Positions 10,001-19,199 of a DNA stretch of 60,277 nt are shown piece by piece. Origin of the DNA: Candidatus Thorarchaeota archaeon (GTDB taxonomy: Archaea; Asgardarchaeota; Thorarchaeia; Thorarchaeales; Thorarchaeaceae). Below the pieces are notes generated by a model. The model saw only the letters and a list, made by a program, of their open reading frames with translations, was not told where the DNA came from and made no database searches. Position 1 is the stretch's first letter. Each line of letters starts with the position of its first letter. Where the stretch lies: positions 1 through 60,277 of the forward strand of contig PRDH01000028.1 in the NCBI GenBank assembly GCA_003345545.1, in the 5' to 3' direction. A program made the position numbers and the translations under genes.

Positions 10001-12616
10001 AATATCTATGGAGATTTGGTAGATGATGCGACTGTATATATGAATGCCAACTACATGACTCCTGAGGGACTGGGCTCAAACACATATGGATTCTACTACG
10101 CGGGACCATGGAGCAAGTACTCAACAACGGCAGATGTTACGTGGCCCATTGGCACTGTTGACCTGAGTTTCGAGGTGGACAATGGATTCTATCACGCATT
10201 TCGGGTTTTCTTCGCAGACGCATTGACCGTTAGTAGTGCTTTGCACGTCGATCTGGAGGTTCCGGATATCGTACAGCAAGGTGCGAATATGTCAATTCGG
10301 GCCATTGTCTTTGACAACCTCGGAGGCGTGGTAGAAGGTACGACTGTCACTGTCTCGATTGATGGCATAGTCTATCCCACAGTCGTTACTGGTCAAAGAC
10401 ACATTCTGATGATTCCAGAAGTGCAATTCGAGGCAGGAGAGCACCTAGTCTTGGGCAGAGCTGTCCATCCCTTCGCAGTTGGCGAGGGACAGATAACCAG
10501 AGCATTCACTGTCAAAGTACTGACAGAGGATTTGTTGATTCTGACAGATTTCCCCGTGAGTGCTCAACAAGACGACCTTATTGGAGCATGGTTCAATGTG
10601 ACCGATGCCTACGGTCATGCCATAACGGGGGCAGACGTATCACTCAAGAGTGGCGCTCGTGTCTTCGGTATGGCCGAGAGCCCGACGGAACCTGGATGCT
10701 ACTGGTTCGCTCATAATATGAGCTTGAGTCTTGGAGTGCAAATCTTTGACGTCAATGTTGCTAGATCGAATATCAACGGACCTCCAGCGACCACGATAGG
10801 TGTTGAGGTCTATGGCAACCTCGAGCCGAGCGTCTTCTATGATACGCGTGTAGAGGGCGGCTCCATGTTTCCAATCCATGTCTTTGTGAAGGACAGATAC
10901 GGACCTGTGACCATAGGGACTAGTGTGACAGTCGAGATAAACGGAACCAGATACACTGAGATAGACGTGACTGACAATCCAGACTACTTCTTGGATGTCC
11001 CCGCAGACTTCCTCGTAGGCAAGAACAACTTCACTGTCTATGTCAATGCAACCTACGCGACGCCGTGGATTGGCGTGTTCACAATAAGAGCATATGCTGA
11101 TGCTTCTTCATCTGCATCGATAGTGTCAACGCAAGGATGGACGGTCAAACAGGGAGGAGAAACCACCCTGGAATTGACACTAGAAGACTGGGTTGGAAGA
11201 CCTGTTTCAGGTGCAAGAGTGTCATTCTATGTTAAGGCTCTGGCATACACGCTCCATGAGGTTAGCCCTGGTTTCTATGCGGCCAATGTCTCAACAATAG
11301 GTTGGGCGCCGGGGATGTATGGCTACACAGTTTCCGTGAATCATGAGGACATCCAAACAGGAGATCCAATAGAGGGGGACCTCACGATACTCGGAATCCT
11401 GCATATAGATGTAACGTGCAATCCAGAACAGCCAACTCAGGGCGGCTCTCTGCTCGTTTCAGTATTCATTGCGGATGACTACGGGAATCCGATTCCAGAT
11501 CTTGAGGTATATGTGTCTGCAATGGACCTGCCGACACTCATGGCTGAGGAAACCGAACTAATCGGGCTCTACACCGTTTTCATCGAGCATCTTCCTAGAA
11601 CACAGGGATACGGAACAAAGAACATCAGTATAGAGGTGGCAGGTCAATTCATTGAGCCATCAGCGATGTCAGGCACATTCTATCTATCTGTCGCCAATCC
11701 AGAAATCGGCCTCATAGATACTCAGACAGCAGTATCGTTCACTGCGATTTCATTCGTCGTGAGCCTGTTCGGTATGTTCCTCTACTTCAGAATGGCACCA
11801 TCACTTCGAAGGACGGGACCAGGCAAAGAAGAGCTGCAGAAGTCCGTGAAACGCATGGATAGACTCTATCTTGTCATCGTGCTGGCGAGTGCAGTGGGCT
11901 TTGTGGCATCTATGAGGCTCAGCGCGATTGGCGACTTTGGAGGAGCGCTAATCCTTACTGTGACCCTTCTTGGAGCCTCTGTGCTTCTCTATGGCCTCTG
12001 GCTCTACAGAGATGCTGTATCAGCAGTCATGGTTACTGGTGCATTGAACAAGAAGAGGATGGTCGCGGGACTATGGCATCTATTCTTCGTCCCTATTGTC
12101 ATAGTGATGATTCTCACTTATGGAGCAGAGATTGATTGGTTCAAAGCATATATGATAGATCCGGCAATCGACATAGGTGGCTTGTCCATACCTACCATCA
12201 TGACGACGATATTCGTCGCATATCTATCATCTATTCTGGTTGTAGTGGTGAATCTCTATCGAGAAGTGAAGAATGGTCTTAGGAAGCTCAGAAGAATGCG
12301 GGATGCGGACACACCAGTCGCTGTTATCGAAGATGAGAAAGAAGCAATGGTCAACAGATTCAGTTCCTCAGTGAGAATTAAATTCCTGATGTTTCTGGTC
12401 GTCGTAGGTGCTGCCGCAGTGACAACAATGGACTTCCTGCAGAGCTATGAACTTGGAATCATTGTACTCTTGCCTGTCGCCTTCTTGGTTGTGATACCAT
12501 TCATCTCGTCTAGGATTGTCCAGGCGCTGAACCGCGCCTCAAAGGTCAAAATCAAGAAGACCGGAGTACCCACGGGGGAGGAATCAACCACATCGGTATC
12601 AGAAGAAACTGCATGA
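7052..12616 (+). CDS. Giant cell-surface protein: signal peptide, FG-GAP/VCBS Ca-binding repeats (probably two propellers), multiple Ig-like domains, C-terminal 7-TM domain
   Basis: Repeats DVDGDGDSE, GDFNGDVHPD, GDFNLDSQED, DVNGDTRAD, ADFDGDDSSE; D-x-x-G-x-x-V/I Ig-type repeats; seven hydrophobic segments in the last ~290 aa. True start may be a later Met. Confidence 0.8.
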   Translation: MSKDTSTRRESEFRPISTPMNGNNLKMLKLLSLFFISFMAIAPIVLSNSPTTAILQSEDSVGFLPSQSLYHYTLPGSSSIQIATGTVQGYNGFAYVIDDEDVLYFVDVFNGATLTIVLPTGDQSLGSDIVGYDVDGDGDSEFLIRNYVNSQFYILVADIDDSNVAQYPIPFNYPAAVGFGDFNGDVHPDVLIKNINNNNDFMTLDLFGNDTIGSFLVDYCYAGQIVGNFASYTEDSIALVSRYSLQQRNLTLVAADGVQIDSIILTPSIQDLVTFHYSDGLDEIATIESDGDIVVYSGPALGVTYTNNVELLSSSYRTIQSGDFNLDSQEDLVVISRTQEKAYFMDGYAGFPIRETTGIYMPSYKRQGLGLMDSDALDDLAVGTVDGGLGIIRGQDGMFAYTEYLIDVRSVSSSYQIEMIDVNGDTRADVLCRVLGDVYLLLSDSTPPGVVQLPIVPRHPTTLDDYVTVEVQVSETSGIERADIFMRISATGSWIQPQDEMYASHQEGFYYAFIANLQAGSYEYYMEFQDTYLNTVSVGDSVLPMSFTVTGDFVWQFDKSDTDYVDSRAHQSDSGYLFGGQRVIYTIERERGVENLTLTQYSSTGTLLDTVTIVDTGEVRQYFEVYTAMLDGDIVSDIIVLDKTPSYLYYHVYHGNTLSLIGEGICPYPYKSFNYLGIIDDDKDGNDELLLVSDTTPLSLIKMDSDTSWSEVELSGTAIPRGYSVIHDPDTGDGYIAVLRGDLAIDIYRAEDLSFIRSLDIELSAYSDQVAIALTSRYNSFLAQEEFVAAVNYWHGTDPTGRIFIFDSTTTNVNSTPYYAVPHEGITYAFAYDTVGSASDELFILLNSGELRMTETAASLTTLWSTFVTSATPLSATVADFDGDDSSEFLLFTDQDELVTSVSFYGEVEWTVKVGEVRNPLLIGNIDLVPGEEIAAYPFASINSMILGAIRNLDSTYLLDVSMEYSSTNLIQGDTLVVNATVLNIYGDLVDDATVYMNANYMTPEGLGSNTYGFYYAGPWSKYSTTADVTWPIGTVDLSFEVDNGFYHAFRVFFADALTVSSALHVDLEVPDIVQQGANMSIRAIVFDNLGGVVEGTTVTVSIDGIVYPTVVTGQRHILMIPEVQFEAGEHLVLGRAVHPFAVGEGQITRAFTVKVLTEDLLILTDFPVSAQQDDLIGAWFNVTDAYGHAITGADVSLKSGARVFGMAESPTEPGCYWFAHNMSLSLGVQIFDVNVARSNINGPPATTIGVEVYGNLEPSVFYDTRVEGGSMFPIHVFVKDRYGPVTIGTSVTVEINGTRYTEIDVTDNPDYFLDVPADFLVGKNNFTVYVNATYATPWIGVFTIRAYADASSSASIVSTQGWTVKQGGETTLELTLEDWVGRPVSGARVSFYVKALAYTLHEVSPGFYAANVSTIGWAPGMYGYTVSVNHEDIQTGDPIEGDLTILGILHIDVTCNPEQPTQGGSLLVSVFIADDYGNPIPDLEVYVSAMDLPTLMAEETELIGLYTVFIEHLPRTQGYGTKNISIEVAGQFIEPSAMSGTFYLSVANPEIGLIDTQTAVSFTAISFVVSLFGMFLYFRMAPSLRRTGPGKEELQKSVKRMDRLYLVIVLASAVGFVASMRLSAIGDFGGALILTVTLLGASVLLYGLWLYRDAVSAVMVTGALNKKRMVAGLWHLFFVPIVIVMILTYGAEIDWFKAYMIDPAIDIGGLSIPTIMTTIFVAYLSSILVVVVNLYREVKNGLRKLRRMRDADTPVAVIEDEKEAMVNRFSSSVRIKFLMFLVVVGAAAVTTMDFLQSYELGIIVLLPVAFLVVIPFISSRIVQALNRASKVKIKKTGVPTGEESTTSVSEETA

Positions 12617-12718
12617 TAATACATCTGTGGCGAAATTGGAAATCGGAGAAGAAGGGGTCAAGCGAGGAAAGGAACCGAAGATGGATGCGATTCAGATTAT
12701 GAGCAGATGAAAGATATC

Positions 12719-12752
12719 GGATTGGGGGCGATGTGATTCCTGCCCCGAATCC
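12719..12752. terminator. Stem-loop between convergent genes
   Basis: GGATT-G-GGGGC...GCCCC-G-AATCC inverted repeat. Confidence 0.4.
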
Positions 12753-12857
12753 AGTTACACGAATAGCGGTATCCAACTACTCCTCATCAAGCGCGTCTTC
12801 TCTCGATTCAGCCTGTGAATCAGATACGGCGTGCTTTGATTGGGCAGTGTCATTCGA

Positions 12858-14312
12858 TCAGTCTTCAGAGCCTTTTTCCTCTTCCTGTTTAGGAACGCTT
12901 GCAGTTTCCTCAGCAGCTGCTGCTTCCGCCCCAGCTTCCTTCTCAGTCGGTATCCATTTCTTACCTGCATCGATATCGCCCTGGAATTTCTTAATCTGAG
13001 TCTTGCGGCTAACATAGAGAGCGACAATCACTGCAAGAGACAACGCTGCACCCACGATTGTTAATGTCGTCAGAAACGTGCTTGCACTGTCACCAAGCAA
13101 TTGCTGCCAAGTGATGACGAGGAATGCGAGACCTGCAATATTCATGACGAAGGATCGTAGTGGTGTTCCAACCTTGACGATTTCAGTGACCTTCGTATCA
13201 ACCATTGCTGCAGCGATGACACCAGCGCCGTAGTCTGTTGATTTCGTCTTCTTTGCAAGGGTGCGTATATCTGAGCTCTTCTTCTTGCCCATGACTTTCA
13301 GTGCGATGGGTACTTTCGATGCCAGAAGGTCAGCGTATTGAATGCGGGCATCATCGCTCGTCAAATTGCACTTCTTGCACATGTCCACTTTCTTGTTCCA
13401 GTCGCGTTTGCACTTCGGACACTTGTCACCTTGCCAAGCTTCCGGTGCGGTTTCTCTCAGACGCTGTCTGATGATGTACTCGCTGACGCCACTGTCCTCT
13501 CGTCCTGATTCATCGGAGCTCTTCTTCTTCCCGAACTTGGTCATCCCGGCAAGCATAGAGAACAGGAGTGGCAACGCACCAATAACTGTCAAGTTAGGTA
13601 GAGATTTTAGTTCAGAGGCCTTCTTCTGAATTCCTCGAAGCTTGTAGGCAGTCTTTAGACCATCAAAGAGACTCCTGAATCCGTTACCAACGCCATAGAC
13701 AGCACCGACAGTCGCGGCACTCGCGGATATTCCAGTCACTGATGTGAAGACATCTAGTGGCGTTGCCGGTATACTGAAGTAGAAAGGTTCACTCTGCAGA
13801 ATATTTACAGTTGTATTGCCCTCAACAAAGTATCTGAAGTCCATTGAAGCCTCTATGATACCTGTGACGAGTTTGAGAGGCCCATAGTTGAAGATGGATG
13901 AGAAATCGATGAACGCATTGATAACAGGAATCGCCATTGTATGGTCGACCCAAACCCACGTTGAGTTCGTGACTGGTTCAACGATCGTGATGGGAAAGAT
14001 CGCAATTCCTTGGTAGTAGAACATGATTGTACCGCTCATGTTTAAATCGTGTGCACTTGTCACATTGATCTGGAGTGTGAGCAGCATGGGAGCTTCGATA
14101 TTGAGTACGAGAGGTGCAGACTGTGAATAGGCTCCAATAACGTTTTGCCCATCGAACGCGGCGTACACATAGAGTGTGTCGTCATGGAGAAAGTCGGTGG
14201 GAAACACAGGTACTTGGGCAGTCGTCGTGCTCAGGGCAGCACTCCCAACCAACATCACTAGAAGCAGAGTCATGAAACCAACGAAGATAGTCTTTGATGG
14301 CGAGCGACGCAT
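12858..14312 (-). CDS. Membrane protein: signal peptide, beta-rich ectodomain, hydrophobic segments, C4 zinc ribbon, two further TMs, acidic tail
   Basis: CPKC-x10-CKKC; hydrophobicity pattern. Confidence 0.7.
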   Translation of the reverse strand: MRRSPSKTIFVGFMTLLLVMLVGSAALSTTTAQVPVFPTDFLHDDTLYVYAAFDGQNVIGAYSQSAPLVLNIEAPMLLTLQINVTSAHDLNMSGTIMFYYQGIAIFPITIVEPVTNSTWVWVDHTMAIPVINAFIDFSSIFNYGPLKLVTGIIEASMDFRYFVEGNTTVNILQSEPFYFSIPATPLDVFTSVTGISASAATVGAVYGVGNGFRSLFDGLKTAYKLRGIQKKASELKSLPNLTVIGALPLLFSMLAGMTKFGKKKSSDESGREDSGVSEYIIRQRLRETAPEAWQGDKCPKCKRDWNKKVDMCKKCNLTSDDARIQYADLLASKVPIALKVMGKKKSSDIRTLAKKTKSTDYGAGVIAAAMVDTKVTEIVKVGTPLRSFVMNIAGLAFLVITWQQLLGDSASTFLTTLTIVGAALSLAVIVALYVSRKTQIKKFQGDIDAGKKWIPTEKEAGAEAAAAEETASVPKQEEEKGSED

Positions 14313-14386
14313 CAGTCAAATTCAACTCCTGAAACAACACTGGCAGTGCTCACTGACTGTTAACGACTGAAAAGGGTTTTGCGCGT

Positions 14387-14821
14387 CTATGGGGGTAGAG
14401 ATTGAGGCGTCGGTTCTCGAGTCCCGCGTACCATGTCTGCGACTTTCCTTGCCACGGAGGCAAAGCCCTCGCTCTTCTTAAGCACACCCTTGGCGCCAAC
14501 CTCAGCAGCCAATCTCATTGAATCAGTATCGAAGTAGGCAGTAAGGAGGTGGACGTTGGTAATCCCCATACTCGTCAGCTTTTTGGTGCACTCAAGACCT
14601 CCCATCTCAGGCATCTTCATATCCATAAGAACAAAATCTGGTGGATGACCTTGTCTGATGCACTTCCTGGCCAGTCCGATGGCTTCCTGACCATTTGATG
14701 CTGTAATGAGTTCGAAATCGTCAAGGAACTTCCTCAGATACGCATTCATTACTTCATGAATTGCCGGCTCATCATCAACAATCAGGATGCGCAGTGACAC
14801 GAATGATTCCCCATAATGCAT
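14387..14821 (-). CDS. Stand-alone response regulator receiver (CheY-like)
   Basis: ILIVDDE, phosphoacceptor in LMDMKMP, LTAY, conserved Lys in VLKK. Confidence 0.9.
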   Translation of the reverse strand: MHYGESFVSLRILIVDDEPAIHEVMNAYLRKFLDDFELITASNGQEAIGLARKCIRQGHPPDFVLMDMKMPEMGGLECTKKLTSMGITNVHLLTAYFDTDSMRLAAEVGAKGVLKKSEGFASVARKVADMVRGTREPTPQSLPP

Positions 14822-14946
14822 TCAATGATGACCCATAGTCAAGGCACCTTATCAATAGTGTGTTCGAAAGGCTCCATATGAAGCAACATTGCTCTTCGCG
14901 AATCTATTTAACTAGCATAGCTCATGAACGCCATCAGGTGCAAGTT

Positions 14947-16035
14947 ATGGTCTTTAAGCGGATGCCTCTAGAAGTCTGGTTCGACGAATACCAGTTCGAG
15001 ATTGATTATGACATTGGCGAGAGCGGAATGAAATTCACCTCTCTGAAGAACCTAGGAATCGACCTCAATGAAGTCGATTTGCGCTATGGCTACCATCTTG
15101 GACATCCAGATCTGAGGAAGGAGATAGCGAAGCAGTATAAAGGGATGACTTGGGAAAACGTTGCAGTCACTACAGGTGCGAGCGAAGGCAATTTTGCAGT
15201 CATTGGACATCTAGTCGGTGCGAGGGACCATATGATTGTTGAACATCCAACCTATCCTTCGCTTTACCAGATACCAAGGTCTCTTGAGAGAGACCTCTCG
15301 CTATTCAGACTTACGTGGAATAATGAATTCAGACCAGATATGGATGAACTGCGAAAACTGGTCAAAGCAAATACCAAGTTGATTACACTCACACATCCAA
15401 ATAATCCGACAGGCTCTGTGATAACGGAAGATGAGTTGAAAGAAGCCATCGAGATTGTTGAAAAAGCAGGCGCATATCTCATGGTGGACGAGACCTACAG
15501 GGATATGATGTTTGACAATCCCCCGCCGCTGGCAGCAACGATGAGCCCTAACGCAATCAGTCTGACTAGTATGTCTAAGACATGGGGTCTTCCTGGCATT
15601 CGCATTGGTTGGGTTGTTGCGGACACATCTGTCATTCAGGCAATCAGGGCCGTACGGGAACAAGTGACAATCTGTAACTCCTCCTTGGGAGAAGCGATTG
15701 CTAAGGCAGTTCTGAAACAGAGGAAGGCGCTGCTGACGAAGCTTCGTAAATCGATGCTGACAAACTTCAGGATCCTCAAAGATTGGATGAACAATCAAAA
15801 ATGGCTCGAATGGATTGAGCCCAAGAGTGGTGTCGTAGGAGCCCCAAGACTTGTCCGTGGAGGAAGTACCGATGAACTCTGCCAGTTGCTGGTGACCAAG
15901 TATCGTACTTTCACAGTACCCGGTTCAAGGATGGAGCTTGATGGACACCTCAGAATCGGATTCGGTGGAGAACAAGAAGAACTGACCAGAGGTCTTGAGC
16001 AGCTAGGTCTGGCTCTGAAAGAGATCCATAAGTGA
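14947..16035 (+). CDS. PLP-dependent aminotransferase class I/II
   Basis: HPNNPTG, VDETY, SMSKTWGLPGIRIGW; likely start MVFKR. Confidence 0.9.
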   Translation: MVFKRMPLEVWFDEYQFEIDYDIGESGMKFTSLKNLGIDLNEVDLRYGYHLGHPDLRKEIAKQYKGMTWENVAVTTGASEGNFAVIGHLVGARDHMIVEHPTYPSLYQIPRSLERDLSLFRLTWNNEFRPDMDELRKLVKANTKLITLTHPNNPTGSVITEDELKEAIEIVEKAGAYLMVDETYRDMMFDNPPPLAATMSPNAISLTSMSKTWGLPGIRIGWVVADTSVIQAIRAVREQVTICNSSLGEAIAKAVLKQRKALLTKLRKSMLTNFRILKDWMNNQKWLEWIEPKSGVVGAPRLVRGGSTDELCQLLVTKYRTFTVPGSRMELDGHLRIGFGGEQEELTRGLEQLGLALKEIHK

Positions 16036-16094
16036 GTATTCCATAGGTGTTCATTAGGGTATGGCCGGACGTGTGGTTGGATGCGTCGTGTCAA

Positions 16095-16586
16095 ATGGCC
16101 GAATCGAATAATTCGCTAGAGCAGCATACCAAGACAGTCTGGACTGATATTGTGCACCTCACGCCTGAGTGCCGACAAGTCAATGTGCGATTTAGAGTCG
16201 TCAAGAAGGGAGTCGCAAGGAGAGTCACTTCCAAGTCCTCAGGCAGGCAGTACGAAGTATCAGACTGTGTAGTTGTGGATTCTACTGCAAGAATCAATCT
16301 GACTCTCTGGAATGAGGATGTTGACCGCATTAGTCAAGACTATTCATACTGCCTCATGAGTGGACACATCAACATCCTTGACGAATGCATGAGTCTCTCG
16401 GCGGGACATTGCGGGAAGATTGTGGAATCAGATGTGCTAATCGAGAATACAGATGACAAGTTCGATATGAGCCGACCCTTCATGGGAAGACCCAAGCGCC
16501 GGAGATCCCGATTCACGACTTCTAGGGTTCTTCAGGGTACAATTGGTCGGGAAGCTGGCGGGTACCCATCACGGAAGTCCTTTTGA
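16095..16586 (+). CDS. Single OB-fold ssDNA-binding protein (SSB/RPA-like) with basic tail
   Basis: VNVRFRVV...VSDCVVVDSTARINLTLWNE pattern typical of archaeal SSB OB folds. Confidence 0.7.
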   Translation: MAESNNSLEQHTKTVWTDIVHLTPECRQVNVRFRVVKKGVARRVTSKSSGRQYEVSDCVVVDSTARINLTLWNEDVDRISQDYSYCLMSGHINILDECMSLSAGHCGKIVESDVLIENTDDKFDMSRPFMGRPKRRRSRFTTSRVLQGTIGREAGGYPSRKSF

Positions 16587-16626
16587 GGTCGAACGAACTA
16601 GACGTGCTGCGATAGGTGCGTCGAGA

Positions 16627-17526
16627 ATGAGAGTGAGAATCCAGAATGATGATGTTCCCTATCCGCTTTCTATCCTGAGAGGAAGACTCAGACTCAGCGG
16701 GCTGCGGGACACCGAAGTGGCGGGTATCATCGCTGGTTCCTTGGCAAATCAGCCCTCTTCGAAGTTTTGGACTGAAGAGGAACTTGTCAATTCCATCGAG
16801 AAGGCACTTGAAGAATATCCACCACTTGTATGCGAGAATTTCCGGTTGTTGACCGCATATGAACAGGCTCGAGGACTGTCAGACTCCAACCGGTCTCTCC
16901 TCCTGGTCCTCGAGGGAGCTTCAGCAACAGGCAAATCAATGCTTGCGATGGAACTGCTTCAAGATCTTGCAGCTACACGATTCATCAGCACTGACTCTGT
17001 TCGGCAAATCATGAGGGGGATTTACACCAAGCAGAGTCATCCCGAGCTGTATTGCCACACCTACCAGGCCCACAAGTATAGGAAGTCGGGCGATCCATCG
17101 CTTGACCCCGTCATCCGAGGATTCATTGCTCAGTCTGAGCTTGTCATACCCCATGTGCAGGACCTAGCGGGAAGACTCCTTGAGGAGGGAGCAATTGCTG
17201 TTGTCGAAGGTGTTCATGTCTATCCAGGAAGCCTAGCGAGTCTGGGTGCGAATGTGATCGAGGTTGTCATCAGTCCGAGCTCGAAGACTCACAGAGCCAT
17301 GTTCCTGAACAAGTATGCAACAGGAAAGTTGAGGACTGTTTCGGGGAATCAGTCTCTTCGCATAAAGGAATACGAAGATACAAGAATCATTCAAGACTAC
17401 ATAGTCGCTTGCGCCTCGAAATGTGGCGCGCCTATCGTTGAAATGGAGAACTATGAAACAGCTCGTATGGAGATCTCCAGACTCGTTATTGAGAGGGTAA
17501 GATATCTTGTTGAGGCTCATGAATGA
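16627..17526 (+). CDS. 2-phosphoglycerate kinase-like P-loop kinase
   Basis: Walker A GASATGKS, ISTDSVRQIMR, VVEGVH; ATP-cone-like N-terminus. Confidence 0.75.
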   Translation: MRVRIQNDDVPYPLSILRGRLRLSGLRDTEVAGIIAGSLANQPSSKFWTEEELVNSIEKALEEYPPLVCENFRLLTAYEQARGLSDSNRSLLLVLEGASATGKSMLAMELLQDLAATRFISTDSVRQIMRGIYTKQSHPELYCHTYQAHKYRKSGDPSLDPVIRGFIAQSELVIPHVQDLAGRLLEEGAIAVVEGVHVYPGSLASLGANVIEVVISPSSKTHRAMFLNKYATGKLRTVSGNQSLRIKEYEDTRIIQDYIVACASKCGAPIVEMENYETARMEISRLVIERVRYLVEAHE

Positions 17527-17541
17527 GGAGAAGGATATGAT

Positions 17542-18948
17542 ATGAGTTGGAAAAACGATTCTCTTGACAGGCTATTCAATCCACGTGCCATTGCAGTTAT
17601 TGGTGCGTCGGATAAACCAGATAAACTCGGAGCTCTGTCTCTGCTCGCGCTGCATTCCTTTGAGGGCACTGTTGTACCTGTGAATCCCAGACTCAAATCA
17701 ATCCGAGGTCTTGAATGCTATCCAACCGTGGAGTCGATAGATACTCAAATAGATCTCGCAATCGTAGCTGTTGGTCCGCAGCATGTACTACCCGCATTAG
17801 AGGATTGTGCGGCTGCCAGAGCAGGGGGTGCAATCATTTTCTCTGCTGGATTCAAGGAAATGGGCGGACTCGGAATAGAGCACCAAAACCTTTTGAGAAA
17901 GTTAGTTGACAAAGCTCACATTGCTGTCATCGGACCAAACTGCTTGGGCGCTGGCAATCCGGGAATCAGTCTCAATGCAACATTCTTCCCACATCCGGTT
18001 CCGATGAAGAAAGGAACAGTCGCAATGGTGAGCCAAAGCGGAGGAGTCACAGGCCTCATGCTCTATCGCGCCTCAGACGTCGGTCTTGGAGTGTCCAAGT
18101 TTGCAAGCGTTGGAAACAGAGTGAATATCGATTTTCATGACATGGTGCGCTACCTCCGGGACGATCCTCTGACTGAAGTGATCTGCCTATTCATCGAAGG
18201 AACTGAATACGGCCGCGAAATGATGAATGAGATAACCAAGACAACCCCCAAGAAGCCCGTAATCGTCTTCAAAGTGGGGAAGACACCGTCGTCGAGAGAG
18301 GCCGCTTTGAGCCACACAGGGAGTCTTGCCGGAAATGCCGAACTCTACAGTGCCGCAATAAAACAGTCAGGAGGGATAGAGGTCTCAGGGATTGAGGACA
18401 TGGTTGATCTCGGATATCTGCTCTCTACATGCAAACATCGCCCCAAAGGAAATCGGGTCGCGATCGTCACTCATACCCTCGGAATTGCACTCATTGTTGC
18501 TCAGGTACTTGAAGAGAATGGAGTAACCCTACCTGCTCCATCTGAGAAGAACGCAAAGTTGATTGAGGACAGTCTTGGTATGCCAGTTGAGATACCAATT
18601 AAGAATCCTGTCGACCTGCTGGCCACAGGGTGGGCGAATCCCAAAATCTTTGCCGATGCTCTTGAACTCATCCTCAACGAAGAGCAGTATGATGCAGCAG
18701 TCATTGTCTTTTCGCCGAACTATCAGGAGAGCATAGGCGGAGGAATGCCCATCAATGAGATTGTCGAGATCGCTCGGAAGAGCAATAAACCAGTCATCAG
18801 CGTGTTGACTTCACCAATCACGCGGAAGCCTCCAGGGCATGAAATTCTTGAAGAGGGCGGCATCCCGTTCTATCCCAGTCCACAGAGAGCAGGAATGGCG
18901 CTTGCTAATTCAATAAGGCTGGCACGAAATGGCACGACCCGAGTGTAG
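17542..18948 (+). CDS. acdA: Acyl-CoA synthetase (ADP-forming) alpha subunit
   Basis: IAVIGAS, GPNCLG, SQSGG, phospho-His SHTGSLAG, NPVD. Confidence 0.85.
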   Translation: MSWKNDSLDRLFNPRAIAVIGASDKPDKLGALSLLALHSFEGTVVPVNPRLKSIRGLECYPTVESIDTQIDLAIVAVGPQHVLPALEDCAAARAGGAIIFSAGFKEMGGLGIEHQNLLRKLVDKAHIAVIGPNCLGAGNPGISLNATFFPHPVPMKKGTVAMVSQSGGVTGLMLYRASDVGLGVSKFASVGNRVNIDFHDMVRYLRDDPLTEVICLFIEGTEYGREMMNEITKTTPKKPVIVFKVGKTPSSREAALSHTGSLAGNAELYSAAIKQSGGIEVSGIEDMVDLGYLLSTCKHRPKGNRVAIVTHTLGIALIVAQVLEENGVTLPAPSEKNAKLIEDSLGMPVEIPIKNPVDLLATGWANPKIFADALELILNEEQYDAAVIVFSPNYQESIGGGMPINEIVEIARKSNKPVISVLTSPITRKPPGHEILEEGGIPFYPSPQRAGMALANSIRLARNGTTRV

Positions 18949-19199
18949 TCAGAAAGACCTCGGCAGCAGCATTTGTTTGTGAACCGCTACATGATGGGCA
19001 AACGAATTTCGGGCCTTGAACCAGACCTGAGAGGACAGCTGGTCGATCAGTATTATGAGAAGATCCAAGTTGAGGACCTTTGAGGGATGATTGCACAATA
19101 GAGCAAGATGCGTCATGCTACTGCCTTGCGGATGCTGAAGCCATACATTGGTAGGGGTTTCTCCCAGAACTGTTAAATCTCACTTTCAGGGTACAGTAT

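Noticed and set aside
12719-12752. SECIS element for the TGA at 12858
   Set aside because: No recognisable SECIS core; better explained as a terminator-type hairpin between convergent genes.
18946-19083. Pyrrolysine read-through of the acdA TAG (44 open codons follow in frame)
   Set aside because: AcdA is already full length at the TAG, an open run of this size can occur by chance, and no pyl genes are in the window.
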